Source of the DNA: Eukaryota sp. TZLM1-RC
Taxonomy: Eukaryota > Protista > Metamonada: BaSk clade
DNA length: 64,000 bases
Assembly (NCBI GenBank): GCA_040285825.1
Contig: JAUPSS010000002.1
Location: 1,488,001 to 1,552,000, forward strand
Direction: 5' to 3'
Shown: positions 13,301-24,522 of the stretch, piece by piece
How positions within the stretch are numbered: position 1 is the stretch's first letter
Layout: every line of letters begins with the position of its first letter
Position numbers and translations under genes: made by a program
Notes under the pieces: generated by a model
The model's database searches: none
What the model was told of the DNA's origin: nothing
Seen by the model: the letters and a program-made list of their open reading frames with translations, nothing else

Positions 13301-14973
13301 GTCTCTGAAGACATTGCGGCGAAATTCAAAGAAATTGGATTAGCTTTGAACCCATCTAAATGTCTCTTGATTGGTAGAGAAAAACAATCTTTGATGATTG
13401 GTGGAGCTCAGATTCCTTTTATCAATTATGACCAACAAGCTTTTAAGTTTCTTGGATGTTGGCTTGGCAATTTGGATGAAATTTATTCCCAGTTAAACAA
13501 TTTATTGGAGAAGTTTGACAAGGATCCTAGTTTTATTGCTGAATGTGACATTGAGAAACACATCAAATTTTTTATTTTAAAAATTTGTTATTCTGGAAAA
13601 TTCACTCATATTTTAAGGTCAACTCTCCCATCGGTATCTCTCAATTTTTGCAGATCTTTTAACAAACTTCGAGTCAAATTTTTTTCTTCTTTATTAGAAG
13701 TAAATGAATCTTTAATTCGAAGTCATGTATTTTGTTCAGCAGATTTGGGTGGAATTGGATTCACCAAATCTTCGATTTTGTGTAAAGCAGCATTTTTGGG
13801 AGGTGGTAAAAATTTTGTTTTTGAATTTTTCCAAAGGTTCCCTTTTGATGTTCATCTGATCAATGGTGAATCAAATTTTTCTTGAATCAACTGCAATTTG
13901 AATTAGAAAATTTGCCAAGTGATATCTGGATTCAGTGTTTTCCTCAAAATGTTCAAGAAATTCCCACCCAATCACTTCCAAATTTACGTTTTTGCTTGAA
14001 AAAGCTTCAGCACCATCTGGTTAAATTATATGAAGGCTTGGATTATGAAGTAAGACTTGGCTTGGCCAAAACTAAAAATCCCGCTTTCGGTAATTTTTAA
14101 AGGATATTCGTGATAGTTCAGCTGCTGCTTTAGTAACTCAAGTTCCCTCTGTTTATGGACTTTTGTTAAAAAACAATGAATGGCTTCTAAACATGCGTTT
14201 TCGTTGTTTTCTGTGGCCAAACAATTTGCCCAATCATTTAACTTGTAAATGTGGTAAACCTCTTTTGTTTACTCATCTTTTGAACTGTAAACATTTCATT
14301 ACGTTTAGAAGCAAAGTGCATAATAACGTCAGGGACCAAATTTATGTAATGTGCAAATCATATCGAGTAGATTCCTTTTTAGAACCGCTGTTATCAAAAT
14401 TAATTCTTGATGATCCCAATATTGATAGTACGCGTTACAACAGAGCTTCTATGGGTCTGACTAGAGGTGATCTAGTTGTTCCTGGTTTAAATGGTAGTTT
14501 TACTATTTTGGACGCCATGTCTATTGACCCTTGTAATTCCTCTAACGAACATCTCATTAACTCGGATGTAAATAATCCTCTTCTTGCAGGCGAAAAATAT
14601 AAAATTGCTAAATATGCGAAACCCATTTCCTCGGTTAATGAAAATTCTCATGCCCAATATAATTTATGTCCATTTGTTTTTTTCTTTGCTTGGATCTCTA
14701 GGTAAGGCTGCTATGGCTTTCCTTGAGGATTTTGTTGTAGTTGTAAAGGAAAGAACTGGAAGAATTTTCAATCGTGTTTACTGGCAAAACAGGATTGTAT
14801 TTTCTATTTTTAAGGGAATGGTAACACTAATTTCTGATTCACTATCTTCTTTTGGGAAATTTTCTGAATCTTTAGCGATTAATTGTTTTGATGTAGGGGA
14901 GGCAGGTTTTGAGGATGTGGAGTTTTAATTGTGTATTTCATATTTGTTGTTGAATAAAAATAAATCCATTAAA
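13301..14973 (+). mobile_element. 5'-truncated non-LTR retrotransposon, RLE type (CRE/R2-like), with 15-bp TSD
   Basis: AAAAGTTGCCCAACT is duplicated at 13286-13300 and 14974-14988. The insert encodes the RT C-terminus (GLALNPSKC, FKFLGCW, LGGIGF), a CCHC finger (CKCG...HLLNC...H) and RLE motifs (RGDL...LDAM...KIAKY), and ends in AATAAA plus an A tail. Confidence 0.93.
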
Positions 14974-15430
14974 AAAAGTTGCCCAACTTGTCAAAAAACG
15001 GCTCCAGTCAAAAGGTCAAAAACACCTTCCACAGGATCTCTATGGGCAGATTGTCCATTTGCCAGATTAAACTTTGATACAATTAGACCTCTGAATACTG
15101 ATTGCGATGGTAATAAATATTTATTAGTATTTGTAGACTCTTTTACTGGATATACAATTTTAGTCCCTCTAAACGAACTCAATGCCTTAGAAATCGCAAA
15201 TGCCTTAATTTGGAGTGTTTGCGCCATCTTTGGCATACCTATGTTAATTCATAGCGATAATGGACCTGAGTTCGCCAATGAGACTTTCAAAATAGTGTGT
15301 AACAGATTAGCGATTGAGATGAGTAACTCAATTCCCCACTATTCAGAAAGTAATGGACTTGTAGAACGTAAACATAGAGACGTTCTTCAATGCTTAAGTA
15401 AACTATTAATAGACTTTAATGATTACGGAA
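14974..15430 (+). pseudogene. Gypsy integrase catalytic core (continuation after the LINE)
   Basis: SCPTCQK...FDTIRP...VDSFTGY...HSDNGPEF...NGLVER, which rejoins the CPT at 13300. Confidence 0.9.
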
Positions 15431-15745
15431 ATTACACCACGTCAAAAAGTGAAAACACCCCACAAGGCGTTTCTCAAGTTGTTACAACGTTCATTTGCTA
15501 ATGTGAAGATCAGATATGAATGTATGACATCTGCAAAGGTGAACTGCTGCAAGATGGTACACCAAAAGATCTATCGAGAAGTTGATGGCGAAGTTAAAGT
15601 TCACAACGCCTATTTCAGTTGTCGGGAATGTAATCAAGTATGGTCTAGAGACATTTCTGCAACACTAAAATAGCTAGAAATTGCAATTAGTGAGCACTAC
15701 TATGGAACAAGACCAGAAGCGTTCCAGAGACCACAAAGAATCTAG
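15431..15745 (+). pseudogene. Fanzor/TnpB 3' fragment (locus 1)
   Basis: TPHKAFLKLL...YECMTSAKVNCC...CRECNQVWSRDISA: RuvC-II Glu, Zn finger and RuvC-III Asp. Confidence 0.8.
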
Positions 15746-15900
15746 CTTCAAAGCTACGTATTGTTCTAGAGGAGAAATGGGCTCACTGAGATTGGTGGCC
15801 AATTATTCGTGGATTCTAGAACGTCTGTGGACGAGCTCACCAAGAATGAAAGTTCTTGTAATAAATTTGAATGATATGTATTTTAAATGAAAACCACAGA
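15743..15900 (+). ncRNA. Putative Fanzor omegaRNA scaffold (locus 1)
   Basis: Several hairpins directly after the Fanzor ORF: TAGCT-TCAA-AGCTA, GTTCTAGA/TCTAGAAC, ATTGG-TGG-CCAAT, CGTC-TGTG-GACG and CAAGAAT-GAAA-GTTCTTG. Confidence 0.55.
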
Positions 15901-15963
15901 TAAAAAAGAAGCGCACTTCTTCTGACCTCAACTCTTTTCCTTGTCACTAGTACATCCCCTCAA

Positions 15964-16333
15964 ATGACTTCTGAAGGCGCCCGTCTCCAAAACTATAATA
16001 ACGAATTGGTCCGCAGCATTGAAACTCTACGTGAAAAACGCGAGGAGATTATCAGACAAATTGAATGTGAGAAACAGGAGAAGGCCAAGATACAAGCTGA
16101 TCTCAAGGTTCTCACTGAGCGTTTAACATCTCTGAATGAAAGCATTGCAAACAAACAAGCCGGACTTGAAGATTTCACCAGGAGTATGTAGTTATTCTTC
16201 AAACTAACCTTCAGCTATTGAAGAGTCCCAAAATGCATTCAACAAGATTTTAGAGTCTTCTCATACTCTACTGAATGTCCTTCGGCGTGAAACACAGACC
16301 CTTAGTAAGAAGAAGCAACATTCAATGTCGTAG
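15964..16333 (+). CDS. SSNA1: SSNA1/NA14/DIP13 coiled-coil centrosomal/flagellar protein; exons 15964-16183 and 16215-16333
   Basis: GARLQNYNNELV..IE.LREKREE N-terminus. Removing the 31-nt GT-AG intron gives DFTRTIEESQNAFNKILESSHTLL. Confidence 0.93.
16184..16214 (+). other. 31-nt spliceosomal intron
   Basis: GTATGTAGTTATTCTTCAAACTAACCTTCAG; its removal restores the SSNA1 frame. Confidence 0.9.
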
Positions 16334-16448
16334 TTTTTTTCTAATTAGTACCAATACAATGTAATTTATTTTCATTTAGTTAACTATTCAAATTATTTGT
16401 AAATAATGTCCCTGAAACTTAATTCAAAAAGCAAAACAAACTCCGAAA

Positions 16449-19065
16449 TTACAATACTCTTTCAAAAAAATCAATTTCACATTTAAAAGAACCCTTATAC
16501 CAATCATAGAGAGTTTTTAGCCCATCAGGTTCACTCCCAAATTTTTCTTTAAGCGAGGAATACATAAAACTATTTGAATCCAGAGAGCTATGAATGGGTT
16601 TCAAAAAAGGAAACATTTTGACCAGGCAAGAGACTAAAGGTTCAACAAAAAAAGATATAAAATCTAGTTGAATCTGTAAAACATTGCTAAGAGTACGATC
16701 CCTTGATGAGGGTACTGGCATACCAAGTTCTTTTTCTTTATCTCCCTGGTCAAATAATTCATAAGTGACCCTCATGGCGGCAGAAATGGCAAGCTTAGGG
16801 TCTTTGGATTGATTGTCAAGGTCAACCAGCTTTATAAGTAACCTCATTAGTAGTTTCCTAGATTTAGTAGACTGGGTCCTCCATGGCTTAGTTAAGGTTT
16901 TTGCAAAGCTTTGAGCATCTTGAAGGCTTGAGAAATGTTGCGAAAGATCTGTGGCCATAATACAAGTTTTAATACCCTTGATGACGTAATCTTTTTGGTC
17001 ATTTGAGAAACTAGAAAGAATTTCACTCTTCTCCAAAACCTCAAATGCCTGGGTTAGGTGTAAATCTTCTAGTGTCACCTCCGACAAACTCTTTCGCCTG
17101 CTACAATCCATGAAACAACTATAAGCAGAAGGCCTGAGCACCTTATCCAGAACAGCATTGTAACCTGGATGAGAAAGATCGTGGGTGATACAGGCCAAGA
17201 CCAAAGCCAGCCTATCAAGTGGAGATAAACATGAGGAAATAGGTCTTGCTCGCAGAAGGAAGACCATTGAGCAGGTAACACCAAAGGCATGAGAGTGGTT
17301 GTGAAAGGCGACATCATCAGAGTAATTGTTCATGGATAGTTCAATAAATTTACGTACTTGGTTCGCCTTAATACCAATAAAAATACCGTGGAACCCCTCA
17401 GACTCCCTCAAATGGCTTATATAACCTCCTAGTAATCGTTCCAAGTACTTACACGCAGCTCTTTTATCATTTTCCACATTCCAATAATCAAAGTTCCAAC
17501 TCAAAGGAGTGTTTGTGTTAGACTTTAACAACAATCGCTCAATCCTTCTTGCTGTACAATAAGTAATTTCAAACGGATCTAACGGCGAAAGAGGACATTC
17601 AGTATCTGTATCGATAGACAATACAGAACTACTGCTACTACAATGACCGAATTCAATGCCACAAGGTACAGTTGATGACCTTGAAACAGCAGGTCTTCGT
17701 TGGTTGATGAAATGTGCAGCTGGTGGAGATCCCATTATATAAATATTATCATCGCCAGCTACCCCGGGAACAGAAAGAGTCCTGCCGAAAAGGGAACAAG
17801 TGGGTTCTTGACCGGGTTCCAGAGCTACGTCATCAGTTTCCTCTAGAGAAGAATTATTAGACAAATCACTAGAAGCTGATGGTGACAAAAGATTAGACCT
17901 TCTGGCACACATAAGAGCAGCAGCAAAAGGAAGGTTGGTGACATAGGGTGACGTGTTCGCCCGAGGTAAGGCCTCTTCAGAAACACTTCCTGTTCCATCA
18001 ACGGCAACTTGGTCACATGAAGAGTCAAAATTTGATTGACAGTCAGCAATCGACTGTCTTCTAGATATACTTCCACTGTGTTTAAATTGATCAGCAAAGG
18101 ACGTTGACGAGAAAGAATGAACTGAAGAAGCACAAGAGTCATCAGAATCATATGAGCAATCACTGTCGTAATCACTCAGAAATGATTGAGTTGTTGAATC
18201 ATCAGAATCAGTACCTTCTACCAAGTCCTCTCCAATTCCCCCCTCACTTCCCATCACTTCCATGGTTCCACACACTCTTTCTAGACACCTCCTAGCAATC
18301 TCAATCAACCATTCAGGCAGGGATGGGGGTGGAGTGAAACACGGATCTGCCAGGTAAGTGATATTGAGTCCATCAAGAACAGAGGCATGATGAACACTGG
18401 TAGAGGCGTCAGAAACTGCCCTGTTTGACCGAACACATGGGGCGGAGTCATATGAAATAAAACCTGAATGTTGGGGTATAGACAGGGAGAGAGACGGGAC
18501 AGAGGAGGGTTCTTCAAGGTCTTCGTCCTCAACAATGGCAGGGAGTGATTCGAGGGAAGAGGTGTGCATGGAAGGGGAGGTGGAGAGATGAGATCGTAGT
18601 TGGTGGGATCTAAGAGCTGGGAGAAAGTCAAAGAATACAGAACTGAAAGCTTTACAGGTGCGGAAAAGTAGGGTTGACACATCGGAGGGAGCACGTTCCA
18701 GTGCAGAGAGTAGAGTGCTTCGCTCTAAGACAAAAGCTGTGACGTTAGTGGTGGCTACAAGATCACATCGAGAGGGAACGTTGCGAAGAAGCTCAAGTTC
18801 CCCAATAACGGCACCTTCAGAGACAGAAGTGATTTGTACGTTTTGAGACACGAGTTCTGTAACAACTTTGGCTGTTCCTGATATAATAATAAGAGCGGGT
18901 GACAGTTCACCAGTTTTTACAATGACATGTTCCTGTTGATAAGTTTTTTGTGGTAGTGCAAGGTCAGAGAAGTTCCAATCATTCAGCCTCCGCTGAAGTT
19001 AAGCAGGTTGAATTCAAACATACAGGACCACAAGCTTGTGGCAAGCTGATCCGTCTGGATGACAT
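16449..19065 (-). CDS. Class I cyclic-nucleotide phosphodiesterase with N-terminal cNMP-binding domain; exons 19065-19024 and 18992-16449
   Basis: PDE motifs FHNHSHA, HDLSHPG, LEDLH, ATDLSQH, E.FDQGDKE and Q..FI. CNB signature GAVIGELELL...PSRCDLVA. Removing the intron gives an in-frame ATG. Confidence 0.88.
18993..19023 (-). other. 31-nt spliceosomal intron
   Basis: GTATGTTTGAATTCAACCTGCTTAACTTCAG; its removal joins MSSRRISLPQACGP to the PDE frame. Confidence 0.8.
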
Positions 19066-19144
19066 GTAATAAATGTAGTGCTGATGATTAACAAGCTTTG
19101 GGTATAATGCGATTATTATGGAATTTTGCAAAATTGGTGAATTG

Positions 19145-19186
19145 CCATTCCCATTCCCATTCCCATTCCCACCCCATTCCCAATTC
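19145..19186. repeat. (CCCATT)n microsatellite
   Basis: ccattcccattcccattcccattcccaccccattcccaattc. Confidence 0.85.
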
Positions 19187-19472
19187 TCAAAATCCATGCC
19201 GTTTAACACCGATCATTTTTTTTCTGATGTCAATTTACTTCAACTTAAGGTTCCAGCTTCCGAAGATACAAAGTTCCATTTCCATTTCCACTTTTGTGTT
19301 CCATTTCCATCCCCACATTCTCATAAGATGATTCCAAAAAGCCGATTTACGTTTATTCAGACCCAGAGTGAAGTTAACCATTACTGACCTTGACAGTGTT
19401 GTAATAATTGGTCGAAAAAAAATTATAATTGGACAATTAATTATATAAACAACTAATTCGACTACCGATTTT

Positions 19473-19766
19473 TTACTTCAGTGTTGCAAGTATTTTGTTT
19501 TGATCGTTTTTTAACCATACCTTCAACTCAGATAAGTTTTCTAATAAAAGTGATGACATCCTGGTACGTTTGGATGTTTGAATGGAGCCACCGACTGAAA
19601 AGAAGGATTCACAAAAAACTGTTGTTGCTGGGCCTGCTAGAAAACTCAAAGCCAGAGGAAATAATTTTGGGAAATCACATTTGTTGTTTTTCCACCATTC
19701 AATAGGATCAGTACTCAAATGAAATGTTCTTTCAAATAAATAATTGTCAAGTTCAACAACATGCAC
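19473..19766 (-). mobile_element. hAT transposase C-terminal dimerization-domain relic
   Basis: DPIEWWKNNK..FPKLFPLAL.FL..PATTV.CES.FS..G.I....RTRM. Confidence 0.85.
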
Positions 19767-20080
19767 TAATTCCCTGTTGTCCTTCTGCGGTTGAAAACTT
19801 TTTCAAAATGGGACATGTTTCTACTTTTCCAGGATACCTGTTCGTTAGTCTGTAATGCGACAACTACAAAAAGGCCAATGTCTCTGGAAGATGAAATTAG
19901 TGTACGAATTCCGTTGATGTGTTTTTTTAATTCTACATGTAGCGCATTTTATCATTATTGAGGTCATTGAGAATTAATTTTGACAGCAAAGGCTCTAAAT
20001 AGGAATGAACTCGATATGATCTACACATGACATAAATTTGGTCCTTAACCTTAATCATTGCGTAATAAAATGTTTACAGT

Positions 20081-20488
20081 TTAAAAGATGAGTAAACAAA
20101 TGCGGTTTACCACATTGACATGTTGAATGATTAGGCCAATATTGCAAATTGTTTGGTCATAGAAAAAAAACAAAAAAAAAGAGTCTTGAATAGGGTAGTC
20201 TTCATTCTCACACTGTTTTTTTACAGAAGCATCCGACAGAGCAAGGGAAAGAGAGGACTGTAGTTGAGATTCAATTGAGGTAAGTTCTGTATTGATATCA
20301 TGGCGAAGGTCATTGAGATCAGAACGAAGCGAGAACGCATTTGAAACCTTCTGGAGTGTGTCTGGAGCGAAAAATACATCACTTACTTGTGGAAGAGGAA
20401 GATTATGTGATTTGCAGTAGTTTTGATAAGTAGTGATTGTGTGTTTAAGCTGAATCACCTTGGTTTGTAAAGAATTGAGTTTAGACAT
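20081..20488 (-). CDS. Hypothetical small coiled-coil protein (3' end uncertain, homopolymer tract)
   Basis: ATG-initiated ORF with heptad-like composition; no recognisable motif. Confidence 0.4.
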   Translation of the reverse strand: MSKLNSLQTKVIQLKHTITTYQNYCKSHNLPLPQVSDVFFAPDTLQKVSNAFSLRSDLNDLRHDINTELTSIESQLQSSLSLALSDASVKKQCENEDYPIQDSFFLFFFYDQTICNIGLIIQHVNVVNRICLLIF

Positions 20489-20743
20489 CGGCTAATAACA
20501 CAAAACGTCAAACAGTGGTAACCTGTTGAGATTAATGGAGGACGTGGATAAAATGAACTGAGATGCTGAACTACTCAGTTGGAGAATTCTTACAAAGTAA
20601 ATGGAAAGTGTGGGAAAGTGTGGGAATAGTGAAAACCTCCCAAAACCAAGTTGAGGGTTAAAAACCTCCCAGAATAGGCAACCAGAAGTCGAAAATGGGT
20701 GACAAGTGTAAAATTTGATAGATGAGCTCTTTATTCTCACTAC

Positions 20744-22702
20744 ATGTCAGACACCCCCTCTGTATCACGTGTATTCACTCGGTCTTGTGCACTTAACTCG
20801 CTGCTGACCCCTGCAGCGGTGCAACAAATTCGGACTGACCTTCCTGTGGTCACCGAGATTTGTCATGAAGCGTCTTTATTACTTCAATCTTTTTCTTCTA
20901 AATTTTCCGTTGGCATCAAGAGCTTTAGTGGAACAGGATGTATGGTATCTGTTTATGACCGTCATCACCACTGGTTCTTTTCCAAAGCCTTCCACATCTA
21001 AAGGCCAACGCCAATTACTCCATATCTTTTACAATGGATTTCTTCCTGAATGCCCACAAGACAGGTCTCTTGTTTCTGTGTGGGAAAATTCTTTAGTGCC
21101 TTACAGAAATTCATTCCATCTTTTCCTCAATGATTGGCTGCAGTCCCAGAACTGTAATTTTATCAATAGAAAAGGGCTTTCTTCTTATCTTGCCTGTCGT
21201 GCTCGTCAATTGGCCTCCAACGTTAAGACATGTTTACCCAAAATTTGTCAATCCTGGACAAAAACTTTATTCGTGCTCATTGTAGAGCCCTGAATAAAAC
21301 AAATGTCTTTGCAAATAATATTCTTTCACTTTTTGCCAGATGAACTACTAGCCCAACCCGAGGAAGTAGTAGTTGATTCTGTTCTTGAATACCTCATCAA
21401 TTTCAATTTGAATAATTCAAGAGAAAGATTTTTTTATTGAATGCATGTAGGTTTATCTTGAATCTCTTTCAAAGATTTCCTACCACTGCCTCCCTACTGT
21501 CCTCACTTGATAAAATCACTTTTTCATCAAAGGAAATTAGTGAGCTTTTTCTCTTCAATCTTAAAATTTCACAATACTTACTCACTTTCTTTTCTCATAT
21601 GCATTGCTGGAAGAAATTTAGAATAATACCTTTAGCTTCTCATAAAGGTTCTAAATTTATTGAGGTACCTTCACAAATTTTCCACTCTGTGAAAAAAATT
21701 TCCAATTATTGAAGGATTATCTTCCAAAACAAAGTTTATCAAAAATACATGTCTGAAACGAGTATTCAAACAATGTCCTTACCAAAAATTCAATATCAAC
21801 AGAAAAAGTTTGAAAAATAGATTTAACAAAATTTTATTGAAAACTAATGGTAATGAACTGCTTTTGACCTTTGAAGGTAAAAATAATGACTCAGAAAACA
21901 CAGATGAGCTGGATGAACCACCGAAAAAGAAAAGAAGATCAAAAAGTGAAATGAAAAGTGACCCTAATGCCAACAAAACCAGAGAAACACAGTTGAAGGG
22001 TACTAAAAAAATGCCCCGTCGAAGACGTAGACATCCAGTCGAAATTTTACCTGAAAGCCCCCTTATCGGCGTTGATCTTGGCCAATCAAGATTATGTGGT
22101 TACTTCATAAATGATAATCAATGTGGAGTTATCCCTTGTCCAACTGGCAGAAGATACATGACAAAAAATTCACCCAGTAAACACTCTCCCAACCAATATT
22201 CCGTTCAAAATTTCAACCAATATTTGAACCATTGGAATTTGGTCAGGAGGAAAGTGTATTTGGAAAGTAATCGTCAGAAATGGAAAATAATTAAATTTGA
22301 TAACCGCAGACGAAAAGAGAGACGGTTCAGAGAGAGTCTCAACAAATTTCAAAGTCTGGCTGGACATCCTGAAAAACTCTATCTTGCTGTGGGTTCTGCT
22401 AATTTCCCTTCTCATTGCCGAAAAGTCAATCGATATGGATCAGCAAGGGCTTTCAGAAAATGGTTGTGTTATCAAAAGGACGTGAAGCACTTGTCAACCA
22501 GTGAATTTAATACAAGCAAAATGTCAAGTTGTTGCATGGCCGAGAATATTCAAGCAGGCTCATGGCAGATGCGTATTTGTACTGAGTGTCAAATAGTATA
22601 TGACAGAGATATTTCCGCTGCAAAAAAATATTCAAATTAAGAAAAAAAGCGGAATTGTGGCCGGAAAGATACATTTGCCCAGATGCTCTGCTGAGGAGAT
22701 GA
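20744..22702 (+). pseudogene. Near full-length frameshifted Fanzor1 (locus 2)
   Basis: N-terminus FTRSCALNSLL...ICHEASLLL, RuvC-I LIGVDLG, LAVGSANF, RuvC-II SEFNTSKMSSCC and CTEC.IVYDRDISAA (RuvC-III). All three acidic catalytic residues are present. Confidence 0.87.
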
Positions 22703-22715
22703 ATAGGGAACGTGA

Positions 22716-22975
22716 GCATACAGAAACAAAAACTTTTGAGACCGATCTACAAATACCTTAGTAGCATTTGGTAGATCCACTTAGATACATCAAGTCGCGA
22801 GGCTTTGTTCTGTGAATGCAGTAGGTGTATTTAAGTGAGGTAGCCCATTGATGAAGATCATGATTGTCTTTGTCAAATGATGCTACATGTCTCTTACAGC
22901 CTGTGAGTAGACATTGAGAAAGTTGAAAACAGGAGTGAATTTCACAGGGGAATGCATGATAAGTGAAATTCACAG
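22716..22975 (+). ncRNA. Putative Fanzor omegaRNA with pseudoknot plus element right end (locus 2)
   Basis: Stems at 22744-22777, 22778-22791/22824-22837 (14 bp, two G-U pairs), AAGTC-GCGA-GGCTT, 22840-22886, 22887-22914 and 22935-22945/22963-22973. 22716-22730 is complementary to 22804-22819. Confidence 0.7.
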
Positions 22976-23061
22976 TACTTCTTTTTGTTCATTCTCACCT
23001 CATTGTTGTCAGAATTGCTTACTTTAATTTTTAGTAATCCGTGTACATCAACATCACTTAA

Positions 23062-24522
23062 ATGTCAGGTCTAAAGTGCCGTGTATGTGGCAGTTCACAT
23101 TTTACTCTCACTGATCTGGGGTACTACGTTTGCAAGCTTTGTGCAACCCAGGTTGAAGAGGTAAATCAGCTTGAAACTGCGGAGTATGACGACAATCAAC
23201 TTGGCTCTACCATTTATCTCAAGAAGGGCCGAAAGGCTGCCGCTGCACCTAAGGACAAGATACCACCTGTCAAGTATGCAGATATTATCGAAGCTTTTCA
23301 ATTGGTTTTACAACTACAGTCTCAGTGTCTCGTTGATCATTGTGGCTTTCCTTCAGAATTTGACAAAGTTTTACTAAGTTTTTGGTTTACTTTTCTTGAG
23401 AGAACTGCTTCTGGGGTGGTTACAGGAGCTGGTCAATTCCCCATAACTTTATCAAACACATTAACTTTTTTGTATTATTCCTCTTTGTGGTCAAGACTTC
23501 CCTTTAATGCACAATACTTTATTGATTTAGCAGCTGCAGGGAAGATTCCTTTTTTCCATGCCCGAAAGCTCCTACCCTCAAGACTCAAGATTTCTGGAGA
23601 TCGGTCTGTCTTTGTGCCGAACGCTTCACTTTCTGAATCAAGTATTCATCACTCTACTTTCCTCTTATCTAGAATTCTGTCCCTACCCGCCCCTCCTAAT
23701 AATGTACCAATTGCATGTATTAGGATGTTCAATACTCTAGGATTACCTGCATCTTTGCTCAGTCCTTTGCTGAAGCTATGTTCTTTGATTGATCCATCGA
23801 GTAGGTCCCAAAGACCATTTATTGCTGCATTGAGCTTTCAATCACTTGTTCCTGCTCTTTTTGTCGTTCTGCTGAAAATTGTTTATGGTCTCAATTGGAG
23901 CTGCTGTTCCTTGGAAGATTCTCGAGTCAACGTACTTCCTTATCTGTGCTGCAATGGGGATGTCACTGATCTTCCTCCATTAAAAAGTATTTTAGAAGTA
24001 TTGTTTGATGTTGTCAACAATAGAAAACTTTCGCCTTTTGTTGGATTAAATTCGTTTTGTAAGCAAATCTCTTGCAAATCCTGCTCCCATCAAACTAGTT
24101 TTGTGTCCACTTACGCTCAGGGTCTTTTTTCCCTAGGATTAAAGAGTAGCATTCCAGTATTCCAATCTTGGGTGGACTTCTTTGCCCAATACACTCCCTC
24201 CACCTCCCCTACCCAATGTTCATTCTCTTCCTCTGACAATGATTCATCCATCCCTCCGTATGTGGAACAGCAAGGTGTTGATCCTTCAGCTAAGATTGCA
24301 TCCTTTCTTCCTCTAGCCAGAACCACGGAATATCCTTCATGTACAGCTGTTCTCTCGGCGTTGAGCGTGTTCTCTGGTGTTGCTATAGATGAGCTCAGGA
24401 AGAAACTGCGAAGTGTGGAAAAGGCTTTGCTTTTGTGGACACAAAATAGGAAGGTAGCTACTGTTAACAGTGGAGTAAAAGCAATCAATGACAATAATCA
24501 TCCTTTGTTTTCTGTTAATTGA
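23062..24522 (+). CDS. TAF1B: RNA polymerase I initiation factor TAF1B/Rrn7
   Basis: N-terminal Zn ribbon CRVC...GYYVCKLC, then EAFQLVLQLQ...L, W..FL and G.IPF motifs typical of Rrn7/TAF1B. Confidence 0.8.
   Translation: MSGLKCRVCGSSHFTLTDLGYYVCKLCATQVEEVNQLETAEYDDNQLGSTIYLKKGRKAAAAPKDKIPPVKYADIIEAFQLVLQLQSQCLVDHCGFPSEFDKVLLSFWFTFLERTASGVVTGAGQFPITLSNTLTFLYYSSLWSRLPFNAQYFIDLAAAGKIPFFHARKLLPSRLKISGDRSVFVPNASLSESSIHHSTFLLSRILSLPAPPNNVPIACIRMFNTLGLPASLLSPLLKLCSLIDPSSRSQRPFIAALSFQSLVPALFVVLLKIVYGLNWSCCSLEDSRVNVLPYLCCNGDVTDLPPLKSILEVLFDVVNNRKLSPFVGLNSFCKQISCKSCSHQTSFVSTYAQGLFSLGLKSSIPVFQSWVDFFAQYTPSTSPTQCSFSSSDNDSSIPPYVEQQGVDPSAKIASFLPLARTTEYPSCTAVLSALSVFSGVAIDELRKKLRSVEKALLLWTQNRKVATVNSGVKAINDNNHPLFSVN

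Larger units (their letters stand above)
9101..15430 (+). mobile_element. Degenerate Ty3/Gypsy LTR retrotransposon (gag-PR-RT-RH-IN), 3'-truncated and interrupted by a LINE
   Basis: Domain order is Gypsy-type: gag with Cys/His and RGG-rich tail, protease TVDSAA, RT LDLPKAFWQ plus YIDD across a frameshift near 11990, RNase H STDASD and TIFTDHKN, integrase GHP...CPTC, DSF, HSDNGPEF, NGLVER. Many stops and frameshifts; no LTR seen. Confidence 0.92.

Noticed and set aside
12824-13885. 353-aa novel integrase-RT fusion protein
   Set aside because: Chance in-frame junction of a truncated LINE inserted into the integrase, as shown by the 15-bp TSD.
14929-15673. Integrase-Fanzor fusion gene
   Set aside because: Both parts are truncated and out of frame, and it occurs once; more likely a deletion junction.
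17075-18846. Short ORFs overlapping the PDE gene (and similar shadow ORFs over other long genes)
   Set aside because: Alternative-frame or antisense shadows of well-supported CDSs.
19145-19186. Interstitial telomeric repeat
   Set aside because: The unit is CCCATT/AATGGG, not CCCTAA; it is short and lies next to a hAT relic.
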